From NCBI RefSeq assembly GCF_000737315.1, contig NZ_JMCB01000017.1:62001-126000 (forward strand): a stretch of DNA of 64,000 bases, in the 5' to 3' direction. Positions 18,938 through 33,120 of the stretch are shown here, one piece after another; within the stretch, counting starts at the first letter, position 1, and each line of letters opens with the position of its first letter. The DNA is from Hyalangium minutum (GTDB lineage Bacteria; Myxococcota; Myxococcia; Myxococcales; Myxococcaceae). Both the position numbers and the translations under genes were made by a program. Below the pieces are notes generated by a model. The model was not told the origin of the DNA. It did no database searches and saw only the letters and a list, made by a program, of their open reading frames with translations.

Positions 18938-19043
18938 GGCAGACTCCAGTGACGAAGGTAGGACTTCTTCGGCCCACGACGCTCCAGCACCGGTCTTATT
19001 CATGCGGCGCGTGCACGGGGACAAGACAACTTTCGGCCGGTTG

Positions 19044-20672
19044 TCACGCCCGAGGCGTTGTGCCCGGCCCCGTGCCTGCCTGCTCGCCCTGAATGACCAC
19101 CTGCCGCGATGAGCTGCGGACCGTGGGCAGCCACTCCGACCGGCCTCGCAGGAAGACGATGAGGCGCTCGCGCACCAGGCACCGCAAGTCAAACAGCTTG
19201 CCCGGATTCGGGGCGCTCACCAGCGCTCGCACCGAGAGGGTCTTGTCCAACACGTCCACCACCATCACATTCTGGACCTTGCCATCCCACAGCTCGCGGC
19301 CCTCGTTCTGCAGGATGCGCAGCAACTCCGCGCGCAGCGCGTCGATGTCCGTGGAGTAGTCCACCTGCAGGAGCACCGGGCCCAGCAGGCTTCCGTTGGC
19401 CCGGGTCCAGTTCTGGAAGGGCTTGTCCAGGAACATGGTGATGGGGACGATCAGCCGGCGCTCGTCCCACACCTGCACCACCACATAGGTGAGGGTGATC
19501 TCCTCCACAGTGCCGAACTCGTTCTCCACCACCACCTTGTCACCCAGGCGGATGGGCTGCGTCACCGACAGCTGGATTCCCGCCAGCAGGTTGGAGATGG
19601 ACTTCTGCGCCGCGAGACCGATGACCAAGCCGGCGAGTCCCGCCGAGGCCAGCAGTGACACGCCCACGTTGCGCACCACCTCGAACTGCATGAGCAGCAG
19701 CGCCGCCGCGACAATATAGGTGGCCACCTCGAAGACGCGCCGGAGCACCGCGAACTGCGTGCCCAGGCTGCGCAGCCGCGCCACATCGTGGGTCGTGTCG
19801 GTGACCTTCTGCTGAAGATAGACGGTGGTCGCCTTCAGGAAGCGCAGGATGAACCACGCCACCGCCACGATGACCAGCGAGTAGCAGATCCGCTCAAACG
19901 CCCTCCTGGCCGACGGAGGCAGCAGAAGGAAGGAGGTGCCCAGCGCCACCAGCGCCGCGTAGTACGGCATGCGCAGCGGCCCTCGGCCTGCGTTCACCAC
20001 CGAGTCGTCCCAGCCCATGTGGGTCCACCGGGCCACCCGCATCGCCGCCGCGATCGATATCCGCTCCAGCAGCGACGCCAGCACCCACCCCGCCACCAGC
20101 GTCACCACCAGACCCAGCCACTGCCACGGCTCCAGCCCCAGCACCGGGCGCTCGAAGAAGACCGCTGGCAGCGTGTCCGCCAGGATGGGCCCATAGGCGT
20201 CGAACAACTTGTCCACCTGCTTCACCGTGGCCTCGGTGAACACCCACACCAGCGCACCATCCTCGCCCCCCGCCACCCGCTGCAGGCGGATGGGCACCAC
20301 CACCCCGTCCAGCGGAATGGTGCCGATCTGATCGAAGCGGGGGTCGGTCTCGTCGCCCTCGGGCGCCTTGCTCAGCGTGGTGAGGTCCACCGGGAGCTTG
20401 CGATCGAGGACGAACTTCAGCCGGCGGGCCAGCTGGGGGCCTCGCTCGGCCTGCTCGGCCCTCGGGATAAAGTCCAGGTCCAGGTAGTGGGCGGACCGCT
20501 TGTAGTCCCCCGCATGCGAGGCCTCCAAGAAGCCCTGGACGGCCGCCTGCGGTGTTTGCCGCTCCACGGTAGGTGGAGGTGCACCCAGGCCCGTATTGAG
20601 GGCCCAGGCCGGAAAGGCCGCGATCACGAGAGCACAAAAGACAGGGAGAGCGCGGTACATGGCCGCTTTCAT
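19044..20672 (-). CDS. mscS: Mechanosensitive ion channel, MscS family, with periplasmic N-domain
   Basis: LLASAGLAGLVIGLAAQKSISNLLAGIQL, PIRLGD, GTVEEITL. Confidence 0.9.
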   Translation of the reverse strand: MKAAMYRALPVFCALVIAAFPAWALNTGLGAPPPTVERQTPQAAVQGFLEASHAGDYKRSAHYLDLDFIPRAEQAERGPQLARRLKFVLDRKLPVDLTTLSKAPEGDETDPRFDQIGTIPLDGVVVPIRLQRVAGGEDGALVWVFTEATVKQVDKLFDAYGPILADTLPAVFFERPVLGLEPWQWLGLVVTLVAGWVLASLLERISIAAAMRVARWTHMGWDDSVVNAGRGPLRMPYYAALVALGTSFLLLPPSARRAFERICYSLVIVAVAWFILRFLKATTVYLQQKVTDTTHDVARLRSLGTQFAVLRRVFEVATYIVAAALLLMQFEVVRNVGVSLLASAGLAGLVIGLAAQKSISNLLAGIQLSVTQPIRLGDKVVVENEFGTVEEITLTYVVVQVWDERRLIVPITMFLDKPFQNWTRANGSLLGPVLLQVDYSTDIDALRAELLRILQNEGRELWDGKVQNVMVVDVLDKTLSVRALVSAPNPGKLFDLRCLVRERLIVFLRGRSEWLPTVRSSSRQVVIQGEQAGTGPGTTPRA

Positions 20673-20836
20673 TACTCCTTTGTCGCGACTTTGCCCGCAA
20701 TCTTCAGCCGGGGGGGCCCCCTCGAAGCGTATGCCTGTGGACACGGCAAGGGGGGCGGCGGGCGAACAGCCGGGCGGAAAGCCGTGGTGCCTTGGGGGAC
20801 GGTAAGTTAGAACGGGGCTCCAAGGGGAAGGCCGCC

Positions 20837-21220
20837 GTGCACGAGAAGCGAAGAATCCTCCTCATCGACGACAGCGAAATCACCCTCGCCATGGAGAAGG
20901 CCGTTCTCGAGGCGCGAGGCTATGAGGTCGTGGCCACCTCGACGCTGATGGAGTTCGAGAAGACGCTGCGAACGTGGCGGCCGGACCTCATCCTCACGGA
21001 CATCCACATGCCCGAGGCCAAGGGCACCGACATCTGCCGCACGCTCAAGAACGAGTACGGCACCCAGGACATCCCCATCATCCTGTTCTCCAGCCTCCCG
21101 GACGACGAGCTGTCCAAGCTGGCCGAGCAGGTGGGCGCCGATGGCTCGCTCTCCAAGGTGAACGGGCTGGAGGCCATGGGCGAGAGAGTCGACGAGCTGG
21201 TGCAGAGCATCCTCTGGTGA
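20837..21220 (+). CDS. Single-domain response regulator (CheY-like)
   Basis: ILLIDDS, PDLILTDIHMP, IILFSS, LSK; GTG start inferred. Confidence 0.9.
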   Translation: MHEKRRILLIDDSEITLAMEKAVLEARGYEVVATSTLMEFEKTLRTWRPDLILTDIHMPEAKGTDICRTLKNEYGTQDIPIILFSSLPDDELSKLAEQVGADGSLSKVNGLEAMGERVDELVQSILW

Positions 21221-22761
21221 TGCGGCAGCTCGCGGTCCTCGCGCTGGCAATGGTGGTGACCTCGGGGTGCAAGCGCTCCCCGGACGCCGTGCCGGATGCG
21301 GCTCCGGCGGCACAGGCTCCAGCTCCCAAGGAGGACAGCTCGGGCGCGGTGCTCCTGTTCTCCGCGGACACGCGCGGCTACCTGGGCCCCTGCGGCTGCA
21401 GCGAGAACATGCGCGGCGGCATCGACCGGGCGGCCCTGCAGGTGATGGAGACGCGCAAGGGCTCGCGGCCCGTCCTTTATATCGATGGAGGCGACAGCCT
21501 CTTCGGTGAGCCCACGCTCGCCCCCGCCCAGGTTCCCCAAGAGGAGCTCAAGGCGAAGACGCTCGCGGAGGCCATGAAGCGCATGGGCCTGGCTGTCCGC
21601 GCCACGGGCGAGCTGGATGACGTGCGCGGCGTGACCTTCCGCCAGAGCCTGGGCCTGCCGGAGCTGCCTCCCGGCGGCGTGAAGCTGCTGCCTGCCGGGG
21701 CTCGTCAGGTGGGCGTGGTGGCCGCGCAGGATGCGGCACAGCTGGTCCAGGGCAGTGCCGAGGCTCGCAAGCAGGGCGCGGACTTCGTGGTCGCCCTCTT
21801 CCACGGCACGGTGGCCCAGGCGCAGGCAGCAGCCGAGCAGCCCGGGCTGGAGGCGAACTTGATTCTCGCCACCCACACCGCCTCGGAGTTCAGCGGCGAG
21901 GAGCACAAGCGGGTCAACGCCACCGTGCCGGTGGTGGGCCTGCAGAGCAAGGGCCGCGAGCTGCTGCGCGTGGACCTGAGCTACGGCCCTCAGAAGGGCC
22001 CCTTCGCTCCCGTGAAGTCTCAGGACGAGACAGACCGTGAGGCGGCTGCGCTCGACCAGCGCATGGCGATGATCAACAAGGAGATCAACCTCCCGGGCAT
22101 CGATCCCCAGCTGCATAAGCTCAAGCAGGCCAAGCTGGAGGAGCTGGTGGCGCGCAAGCAGCAACTGCTGACGCAGCCCATGGAGATCCCCACGGGTACC
22201 AACTCCTACTCCGTGCGCTTCCTCCCGCTGGAGTCCAGCCTGCAAGGCCAGCCCGAGGTAAAGGCCCTCATCACCGAGTACGACCGCGAGGTGGGGAAGC
22301 TGAACCTCACCTGGGCGAAGGAGCACGGGCAGGACTGCCCCGCGCCGAAGAAGGGCGAGGCGGCCTTCGTGGGCAGCAAGGCCTGCCAGGAGTGCCACCA
22401 AGAGGCCTTCCCCGTCTGGGAGCAGTCCAAACACAGCCACGGCTGGGCCACGCTGGAGGAGAAGGGCAAGCAGTTCCACCTCAACTGCGTGAGCTGCCAC
22501 GTCACCGGCTACGAGCAGCCCGGAGGCGTCTGCCGCCTGGACAAGGTGGCGGGCCGCGAGAACGTGGGCTGCGAGAGCTGCCACGGCCCCGGCTCGATCC
22601 ACGCCGAGGATCCGACGCCGAAGAACATCGTCCGCAGTCCCGGGCGTGAGCTGTGCGTCACCTGCCACAACCCGGAGAACTCGCCCCACTTCGACTTCGC
22701 CACCTACCTCCCGCGCGTACTGGGTCCGGGGCACGGGGCGGCGTCCAGGGGACCAAAGTAG
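21220..22761 (+). CDS. Lipoprotein with degenerate UshA/5'-nucleotidase-like domain and C-terminal tetraheme cytochrome c
   Basis: Lipobox-like TSGC; SADTRGYLGPCGC, YIDGGDSLF; four CXXCH motifs (CQECH, CVSCH, CESCH, CVTCH); ATG overlaps the upstream TGA. Confidence 0.85.
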   Translation: MRQLAVLALAMVVTSGCKRSPDAVPDAAPAAQAPAPKEDSSGAVLLFSADTRGYLGPCGCSENMRGGIDRAALQVMETRKGSRPVLYIDGGDSLFGEPTLAPAQVPQEELKAKTLAEAMKRMGLAVRATGELDDVRGVTFRQSLGLPELPPGGVKLLPAGARQVGVVAAQDAAQLVQGSAEARKQGADFVVALFHGTVAQAQAAAEQPGLEANLILATHTASEFSGEEHKRVNATVPVVGLQSKGRELLRVDLSYGPQKGPFAPVKSQDETDREAAALDQRMAMINKEINLPGIDPQLHKLKQAKLEELVARKQQLLTQPMEIPTGTNSYSVRFLPLESSLQGQPEVKALITEYDREVGKLNLTWAKEHGQDCPAPKKGEAAFVGSKACQECHQEAFPVWEQSKHSHGWATLEEKGKQFHLNCVSCHVTGYEQPGGVCRLDKVAGRENVGCESCHGPGSIHAEDPTPKNIVRSPGRELCVTCHNPENSPHFDFATYLPRVLGPGHGAASRGPK

Positions 22762-22905
22762 GCTCGGCTTCTTCTGGCGGTGAATTTCCCGGGCTGCTAA
22801 TGCCTGCTCGGGAAGCAGCCCGCCGGGTTGCTTGTTTGACCGTCAAGAGAAATATCGGAAACTTGGGTTTCCTCCTGCTTCACGGGCCTCGCCCCCAGGG
22901 TCTCC

Positions 22906-24822
22906 ATGCCGTCTCTCTGCCTCATGCTGGTCACCCTTGCTGTCTCGGCCTCCCCGTCCAAGGAAGAGCTGCCCCCCATGCCTCCCCCTCCCGCCGGCAT
23001 GCACGTGCTGGAGCCGGAGGAGAAGAAGCAGCTGCTGGGCAGCGCCGCCGGTGAAGAGCCCGGAGAGCCCGAGGAGGCCAACGAAGAGGTCGAGTCCGAG
23101 TCCGCCGAGTTGGAGGAGATGCGAGCCCTGGAAGGCGCCTCTCTGGACCCGGGAGCGAAGCCCAACGCGGCGGTGCTCCAGTCGCTGCGGCGGCTGGGCC
23201 TGGCCAACCCCCTGCGCCTGCGCATGCTGGACGCGCTGGAGGAGCCCACCTTCCGCGAGGACGACACGCCCGAGGAGCTCGCCCTCATCACGGACCTCCA
23301 GAACTTCGACGTGGCGCAGATCCAGGACCGCTACGACATCCCGTTGGACATGCAGCCGCTGGTGGCCCAGTACATCCACTTCTTCCAGGGCCCGGGCCGC
23401 AAGTGGTTCCGCAAGTGGGTGTCGCGCTCCACGCGCTTCCTTCCGGTGATGCAGCCCATCCTCGAGCAGAAGGGCCTGCCACGCGACACGGTGTACCTGG
23501 CGATGATCGAGAGCGGCTTCTCCGCCAACGCCTACTCGTGGGCGCACGCCGCTGGGCCGTGGCAGTTCATCTCCAGCACCGGGAAGATGTACGGCCTGCG
23601 CCAGGACTTCTGGGTGGATGAGCGGCGCGATCCAGTCAAGGCCACCCATGCCGCCGCGGCCTACCTCAAGCAGCTCTACTCCGAGCTGGGCCACTGGTAC
23701 CTGGCCTGGGCCGGCTACAACACCGGCGGCGGGCGCGTGCGGCGGATGATGGACCGGCACGGCACCTCGGACTTCTGGGCGCTGTCCCAGGAGAAGGGCT
23801 TCGCCAAGGAGACGCAGCACTACGTGCCCAAGCTGATCGCCGCAGCCATGATTGCCAAGAACCCCAGCGCCTTCGGCTTCCGCGACGACGAGTTCGAGTA
23901 CGAGCCCCCGCTGGAGTTCGACGAGGTAAAGCTGGTGGACGCCACGGACCTGGACGTCCTCGCCCGCGCCGCCGGGGTGAGCGTCAAGGACGTGCAGGAG
24001 CTGAACCCGGAGCTGCGCCGCTGGTGCACGCCTCCCGCCTCGGAGAAGCAGCCGTACATGCTGCGGCTGCCCAAGGGCTCCGGCGAGCCGTTCGCGAAGA
24101 ACTTCAAGCAACTGTCGCCCAGCGAGCGCCTGGTCTTCCGCATCCATAAGATCCGGCGCGGCGACACGCTGTCCAAGATTGCCGTCGAGTACGGCACCGC
24201 GGCCGAGGCCATCCTCCAGTTCAACAAGCTGAAGAGCGCTCGCACGCTGCGCGTGAACGCGGAGCTGGCCATCCCCGTGCCCGCCAGCCGCGGCGCCTCG
24301 GCGGTGCTGGAGCGCAAGGTGGCCCAGGCCCGCCGCAGCGGCGTCACCGTGCTGCGCCCCGAGGAGGAGATCCCCGCTGGAACGCCCCGCGCACCGGTGG
24401 CCACCGGCCCCATCAAGACCGAGGTCATCAACGGCCGCACCCGTGTCACCTACGGTGTGCAAGACGGCGACAGCCTGTGGGCTATCGCCCAGCGCTTCAA
24501 CGTGTCGGTGGACGACCTGCGGCGTTGGAACGAGCTGCCCCGTAGCAAGCGCGGGCTGAAGATTGGCACCGTCATCGAGGTGTGGCCGGGCAATGCGCCC
24601 GCTCCGCAGGTGCAGGAGCGCTCGGGCACGGTGGTGGCCTCCACCCAGCCCGCGAAGCCCGCGAGCAGCGCCTCCAAGGTGCACACCCTGGCCGCGGGAG
24701 AGACGCTCTGGTCCGTGGCCCAGCGCTACGGCGTCACCGTCGAGGACATCCAGCGGTGGAACAACATCAAGGACCACCGCAACATCCCCGCCGGGAAACA
24801 GCTGGTGGTGGCCGCTCCGTAG
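22906..24822 (+). CDS. mltD: Membrane-bound lytic murein transglycosylase D-like protein with three LysM domains
   Basis: YLAMIESG, AAGPWQFI, AGYNTGGG, ETQHYVPK; LysM HKIRRGDTL, YGVQDGDSLW, HTLAAGETLW. Confidence 0.9.
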   Translation: MPSLCLMLVTLAVSASPSKEELPPMPPPPAGMHVLEPEEKKQLLGSAAGEEPGEPEEANEEVESESAELEEMRALEGASLDPGAKPNAAVLQSLRRLGLANPLRLRMLDALEEPTFREDDTPEELALITDLQNFDVAQIQDRYDIPLDMQPLVAQYIHFFQGPGRKWFRKWVSRSTRFLPVMQPILEQKGLPRDTVYLAMIESGFSANAYSWAHAAGPWQFISSTGKMYGLRQDFWVDERRDPVKATHAAAAYLKQLYSELGHWYLAWAGYNTGGGRVRRMMDRHGTSDFWALSQEKGFAKETQHYVPKLIAAAMIAKNPSAFGFRDDEFEYEPPLEFDEVKLVDATDLDVLARAAGVSVKDVQELNPELRRWCTPPASEKQPYMLRLPKGSGEPFAKNFKQLSPSERLVFRIHKIRRGDTLSKIAVEYGTAAEAILQFNKLKSARTLRVNAELAIPVPASRGASAVLERKVAQARRSGVTVLRPEEEIPAGTPRAPVATGPIKTEVINGRTRVTYGVQDGDSLWAIAQRFNVSVDDLRRWNELPRSKRGLKIGTVIEVWPGNAPAPQVQERSGTVVASTQPAKPASSASKVHTLAAGETLWSVAQRYGVTVEDIQRWNNIKDHRNIPAGKQLVVAAP

Positions 24823-24834
24823 AGACGCCGCATA

Positions 24835-24840
24835 TATAAT
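24835..24840 (+). promoter_or_regulatory. Perfect TATAAT -10 hexamer, placing +1 on the A of ATG 24847
   Basis: ...CATATATAATGAGGGGATG; no recognisable -35 element. Confidence 0.4.
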
Positions 24841-24846
24841 GAGGGG

Positions 24847-26268
24847 ATGGATTCCACGTCCCCCGTCCCTCAGCGCCTGTCCGGCAAGCGGGCTGTAGTC
24901 ATCGGGGGGAGCATGACGGGGCTCGTGACGGCCCGAGTGCTCTCCGATCACTTCGAAGAAGTCACCCTCATCGAGCGCGACGTGCTCGGCGACGAGCTGA
25001 CCACCGCGCGCAAGGGTGTGCCCCAGGGCCGGCACCTGCACATCCTGCTGGCGCGGGGCGAGCAGATCCTGAGCCAGCTGTTCCCGGGGTTCGTCCCCGG
25101 CCTCGTCCAGGAGGGGGCGGAGCTGCTGGACTTCGGGCGGGACCTGGCCTGGTTCTTCTATGGCTCGTGGCTGGTGCGGACCGATGACAGCCTCCCCATG
25201 ATCTGTGTGAGCCGTCCCCTGCTCGAGGCCCATGTGCGCCGGCGCGTGTTCGCCACCCGGGGCGTGCGCAAGCTCGATGGCCATGAGGTCTCCGGGCTTC
25301 GGACCACGCCGGACCGCCAGCGCGTGACGGGCGTCACCGTGCAGCGGCCCGGGGACCCATCCTCCGCCGAGGCGCTGGAGGCGGACCTGGTGGTCGAGGC
25401 CAGCGGCCGGGGCTCCCGGCTGCCCACGTGGCTCGAGGGCCTGGGGTACCCTCGGCCGGAAGAGACGAGCATCGAGATCGACCTGGGCTACGCCACCCGG
25501 CTGTACCGCCAGCCCTCGCCCTCGCCGTACCCGTGGAAGGCGCTCTACGTACAGGACGCGACCCCGAGCCGCCGGCAGGGCGTCATCACCCCCGTGGAGG
25601 GAGGGCGATGGATCGTCACCCTCGCGGGCATCCTCGGGGAGCATCCCCCCCGGGACCCACAGGGCTTCCTCGACTTCGCCAAGAGCCTGCAGCACGACGA
25701 GCTCTACCGCGCCGTGTCCTCGGCCGAGCCGCTGTCGGACATCGAAGTCTATCGCTTCCCGGCGCACCTGCGGCGCCACTACGAGCGCTTGCCCCGGTTC
25801 CCAGAGGGGCTCGTCGTCGCGGGAGATGCCAGCACGAGCTTTAGCCCCACCTTCGGCCAGGGAATGTCCGCCGCGTGCCTCACCGCGATGGCGCTCGACC
25901 AGGCCCTGGTGGCTCAGCGCCAACGCCGCGGCCCCGGGAACCTCACCGGCCTGCCGCGCCACTACCACTCGGCCGCCGCGAAGGCCACGCTGCAGCCCTG
26001 GCTGCTGGCCTCGGGCGAGGACTTCCGCTTCCCCGAAGTGAAGGGCCAGCGGCCGCTCAGCTTCACGATGATGCGGTGGTTCGTGAAGCACCTGCTCCGC
26101 GCCGCGAGGACCGACGCCGTGGTCTACAAGCGCTTCATGCGCATCACCCACCTGCTCAGCCCGGTCGAGGAGCTGCTCGACCCTCGCGTGCTGGTGCGCG
26201 TGATGCGGGCTCCAGACGTGAGCTCGACCGGCGAGCCCTTCGCCTCCACTCTGAAGAAGACGGGCTAG
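24847..26268 (+). CDS. FAD-dependent oxidoreductase/monooxygenase
   Basis: AVVIGGSMTG Rossmann motif, RKGVPQGRH, ADLVVEASGRGS, VAGDA...FSPTFGQGMS. Confidence 0.9.
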   Translation: MDSTSPVPQRLSGKRAVVIGGSMTGLVTARVLSDHFEEVTLIERDVLGDELTTARKGVPQGRHLHILLARGEQILSQLFPGFVPGLVQEGAELLDFGRDLAWFFYGSWLVRTDDSLPMICVSRPLLEAHVRRRVFATRGVRKLDGHEVSGLRTTPDRQRVTGVTVQRPGDPSSAEALEADLVVEASGRGSRLPTWLEGLGYPRPEETSIEIDLGYATRLYRQPSPSPYPWKALYVQDATPSRRQGVITPVEGGRWIVTLAGILGEHPPRDPQGFLDFAKSLQHDELYRAVSSAEPLSDIEVYRFPAHLRRHYERLPRFPEGLVVAGDASTSFSPTFGQGMSAACLTAMALDQALVAQRQRRGPGNLTGLPRHYHSAAAKATLQPWLLASGEDFRFPEVKGQRPLSFTMMRWFVKHLLRAARTDAVVYKRFMRITHLLSPVEELLDPRVLVRVMRAPDVSSTGEPFASTLKKTG

Positions 26269-26310
26269 CTGCGCGCCACGGAGAGGGCGACGTCATAGGA
26301 TGGCCTCGCT

Positions 26311-29654
<3,344 letters not shown>

Positions 29655-29658
<4 letters not shown>

Positions 29659-32600
29659 ACCTCACCATCGCTGTCTACCAGAGCCGGGGGCCCTCCGGCC
29701 TCCAGTGGACCACGCTGGCGCTCGGGCCGCACACGCGCAGCCGCACGGGCAAGAGCACCGTCAAGCTGCAGCGCAAGCTCGTGGATGACCTGCGCACCAT
29801 CATCGGCGAGCTGCCCGTGCGCGAGCTGGCGTACTTCCAGTTGCCGCGCGGCATCCGCCTGGAGCGCGTGAGGCTGGAGCTGGACTTCAAGCGCGTGCGC
29901 GCCGGAGCCGAGGTCTCCAAGGTCGCCGGCCTCTTCCCGCTCATCCTCGAGCCTCGCATGCGCACCCGCAGCGAGCCGATGACCATCGCCTACCACCCCT
30001 CGCGCCAGGACGAGTGGTTCCCCGTGGATCCCGGGCTTGGCCTCGAAGACCAGGCGAAGGCCTTCTTCACCCGCATGTGGGCGGGGATGGATCAGGGGAC
30101 GCTCGATTCGCTGCGCTCCTCTCGCAAGGACAGCCTCCAGGCGGTCTCGTTCATCGCCCGGCCGAAGTCACTGCTGGACCAGCTCGGCAAGAAGAAGGGT
30201 CCCTGGGACGACCTCGAGATGGATGAACGGCTCGGCAAGAAGAAGCCGAAGCGAGGAGGGCTCCAGGTGCTCAACAACCTGGGCACGAACCTCACCGTCC
30301 AGGCCGCGGAGAACGCGCTCGACCTCGGCATGCCGCGCAGCCCGTACCGAGAGCAGCTCCAGCTCCTGCTGGGCGGCGAGCGCCGCACGCCCGTGCTGCT
30401 CGTGGGCCCTCCAGGCTGTGGAAAGCGGACACTGCTGCGGCGCTTCGTGGCCGAGCAGCTGGAGGCCGAGGACTTCCGCAGCCACCGCAACCTCGACAAG
30501 GTGACCGAGGTCTGGACCCTCGCGGGCAAGCGCATCATCGCCGGCATGAGCTACGTCGGCGACTGGGAGCAGCGCTGCCTGAAGCTCCTGGAGGACGCAC
30601 GCGGAGGCCGGCGCATCCTCCTGATCGAGGACTTGCACGCGTTCGGCCGCATCGGCCGCTCGCGGGACAGTGACGCCAACCTCGCCCTCTTCTTCCAGGG
30701 GCCCCTGGCGCGCGGAGAGATCACCCTCGTGGGAACGGTGACGCCGGAGCAGCTCCAGCGGCTGGAGACCGACGCACCCTCCTTCGCTGCGCTCTTCACG
30801 CAGCTCCACGTGCGCCCCACGAGCTCGGACGAGACGCTGCGGATGCTGCTGCACGAGGCCCGGGAGCTGGAGCTGCGGAACCACGTCATCTGGGAGCCGT
30901 CGCTCTTCCCCACCCTGCTGGAGCAGGCCCACTCGCTCTTCGCGGGGGCGGCACTGCCAGGCAAGGCGCTCGATCTGCTGCGCGAGCTGGCCACGGACTA
31001 CGGCGGGCAGGACATCGAGGTGGACTCCGGAGTGCTCTTCGAGCACCTCTCGCGCAAGACGGGGCTCCCGGACTTCCTGCTCCACCCCAACAAGCGGCTG
31101 GAGCCCGCCGAGGTCCAGACCAGCCTCTCGCGCAAGGTGATGGGCCAGCCCGCCGCCATCGAGGTCGCGAGCGATCTCATCGTGCGCATCCACGCAGGGC
31201 TCACCGATCCCCGGCGTCCCTATGGCGTCTTCCTCTTCACCGGTCCCACCGGGACGGGCAAGACCGAGCTGGCCCGAGCCATGGCGAGCTACCTCTATGG
31301 CGACCCCTCGCGCATGGCGCGGCTCGACATGGCCGAGTTCCAGACGCCGGATGCCGTCGCTCGGCTCACCGGTGACGCCTGGCAGCCCGAGGGCCGCCTG
31401 ACGCGCCTCATCCGCGAGCAGCCCTTCACGCTCGTGCTGCTCGATGAGATCGAGAAGGCACACCCGGCCCTGCTCAACCTGCTGCTGCAGACCTTCGACG
31501 AGGGCCGGCTCACGGATGCCTCGGGAGAGACGGCGGACTTCACCCACACCGTCATCGTGATGACGAGCAACCTCGGTGCCCGTCAAAAGGCCATGGTGGG
31601 GCTCCGAAACCAGGATGCCCAATCCGTGGCGCTCGACTCCGACCGCGCGGTGCGTGAGTTCTTCCCGCCCGAGCTCTTCAACCGCATCGATCGCATCGTG
31701 CACTTCTCGCCGCTCTCGCGAGAGTCGGGAGAGAAGGTGGTGGAGAAGGAGCTCGCGCGGCTGCTGGCGCGGCGGGGCCTGACGTCACGCAACATCTTCG
31801 TGTCCGCGGACGACGCGGTGAAGCGGCGCATCGTCGAGGAGGCGTTCGATCCCACCCTCGGCGCGCGGCCGCTGAAGCGCTACCTGGAGGAGAAGGTGGG
31901 CCAGGTGCTCTCGGAGGCCATCATCCGGGGGCCCCAGGCGCTGATGCGGCTGTTCCAGCTCTACACCCGCGAGGACCGCTTCGAGGTCCAGGCCGACGCG
32001 CTCGTGCCCCGCGAACCCGCCGTCGAAGGGTTTGCCCTGGAGCCGCTCCTGACGCTGCCCGTCGCGAAGCTGCGCGAGAAGGTGCTGGAGGCCCGCGACG
32101 AAATCCAACGCATCCACCAGAGCGAGAACCTGGGCGCGCTGTCCGAGCAGATCCGTTTCCACCTCGCGAGGCTCCAGGCGGGAGAGCACGGCCACGCCGA
32201 GTCGCTCTACACACTGGACGCGATGCGGCTCTACCTGGAGGAGTTCGCCGGACGGCTGGAGGCCATGGCCCGAGCGCCGGAGGAAGAAGCGCGAGAGATG
32301 ATCGAGGTCGAGCGCTTCGCGGACCGGGTACGGACTCCCGCGGATCGCTGGTCTCAGGCGACGCGCACCCGCCTCTTCGATCGGCGGGCCTTCGAGCCGG
32401 TGAAGTTCATCTCCCGCGAGCAGCTGCTGGACTCGCTGGCGGAGGTCTACTTCCTGCGCCGCATCCTGCAAGCCCTCTCCCGCTCCGATCAGCACGTCAT
32501 CACGCTGGAGCTGCTACCACTCGGGCAGTGGCGGCAGGAGGGTGCCTCCGGCTCGCAGCTGGCGCTCTGGCTCGGTGACGCCTATGCGAGCGCTCGCGGC

Positions 32601-33116
32601 GAAGTGGAGAGCTTCGCCGCCCGCTTCCCCGGAGGGGCCTTCATCTCGGGTGGGCCTCGCGAGCTGCCCAACCTGCTGCAAGCGCCCCAAGAGCCCATCC
32701 ACCTGGCCCTCAAGCTGGTGGGCCCGGGTGTGCGGTCCTTCTTCGAGGGCGAGGCGGGGCTCCACGTCTGGCAGTCCACCGGGCGCCTGCCGGAGATCGT
32801 CAAGGTGCGCGTCCACGACGAGCGCGCGCCCGCGCCGCTGGAGCTCATCACCCAGCACGAGGCGAAGCTCCAGGCCTTCCACAAGGCCCGCCAGGCCGGG
32901 GTGAGCCCGCTGCCAGAGAACCCCGAGGCCGCCGCCCCCGTGGTCCGCGCTTACCGCTTCGAGCCGCCCACTCGGACGGGCGCGGTCTCGACGCTCGAGC
33001 TGGATGACTACCTGCTCACCCACAGCGGCACGCACCGGGTCCGCACCCCGGGGGAGGCCCTGCCTGCCCTCTGGCGCCTGCGGATGACCCAGAACTCCTC
33101 GGACGGGAGCGCCTGA
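29655..33116 (+). CDS. ClpA/B-like double AAA+ protein 2 with C-terminal release-factor-like module
   Basis: D1 GPPGCGKR/LLIED; D2 FLFTGPTGTGKTE/LLDEIEKAHP/FPPELFNRID/LGARPL; tail KLVGPGVRSFFEGEAGLH; ATGA overlap with the upstream gene. Confidence 0.9.
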
Positions 33117-33120
33117 ATCC

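Noticed and set aside
21391-21399. Selenocysteine recoding at the CGC motif
   Set aside because: Both codons are TGC; there is no in-frame TGA.
31002-31010. GGQ tripeptide in Clp protein 2
   Set aside because: Lies in the D1-D2 linker region, about 1.1 kb upstream of the RF-like tail and outside any RF context; treated as coincidental.
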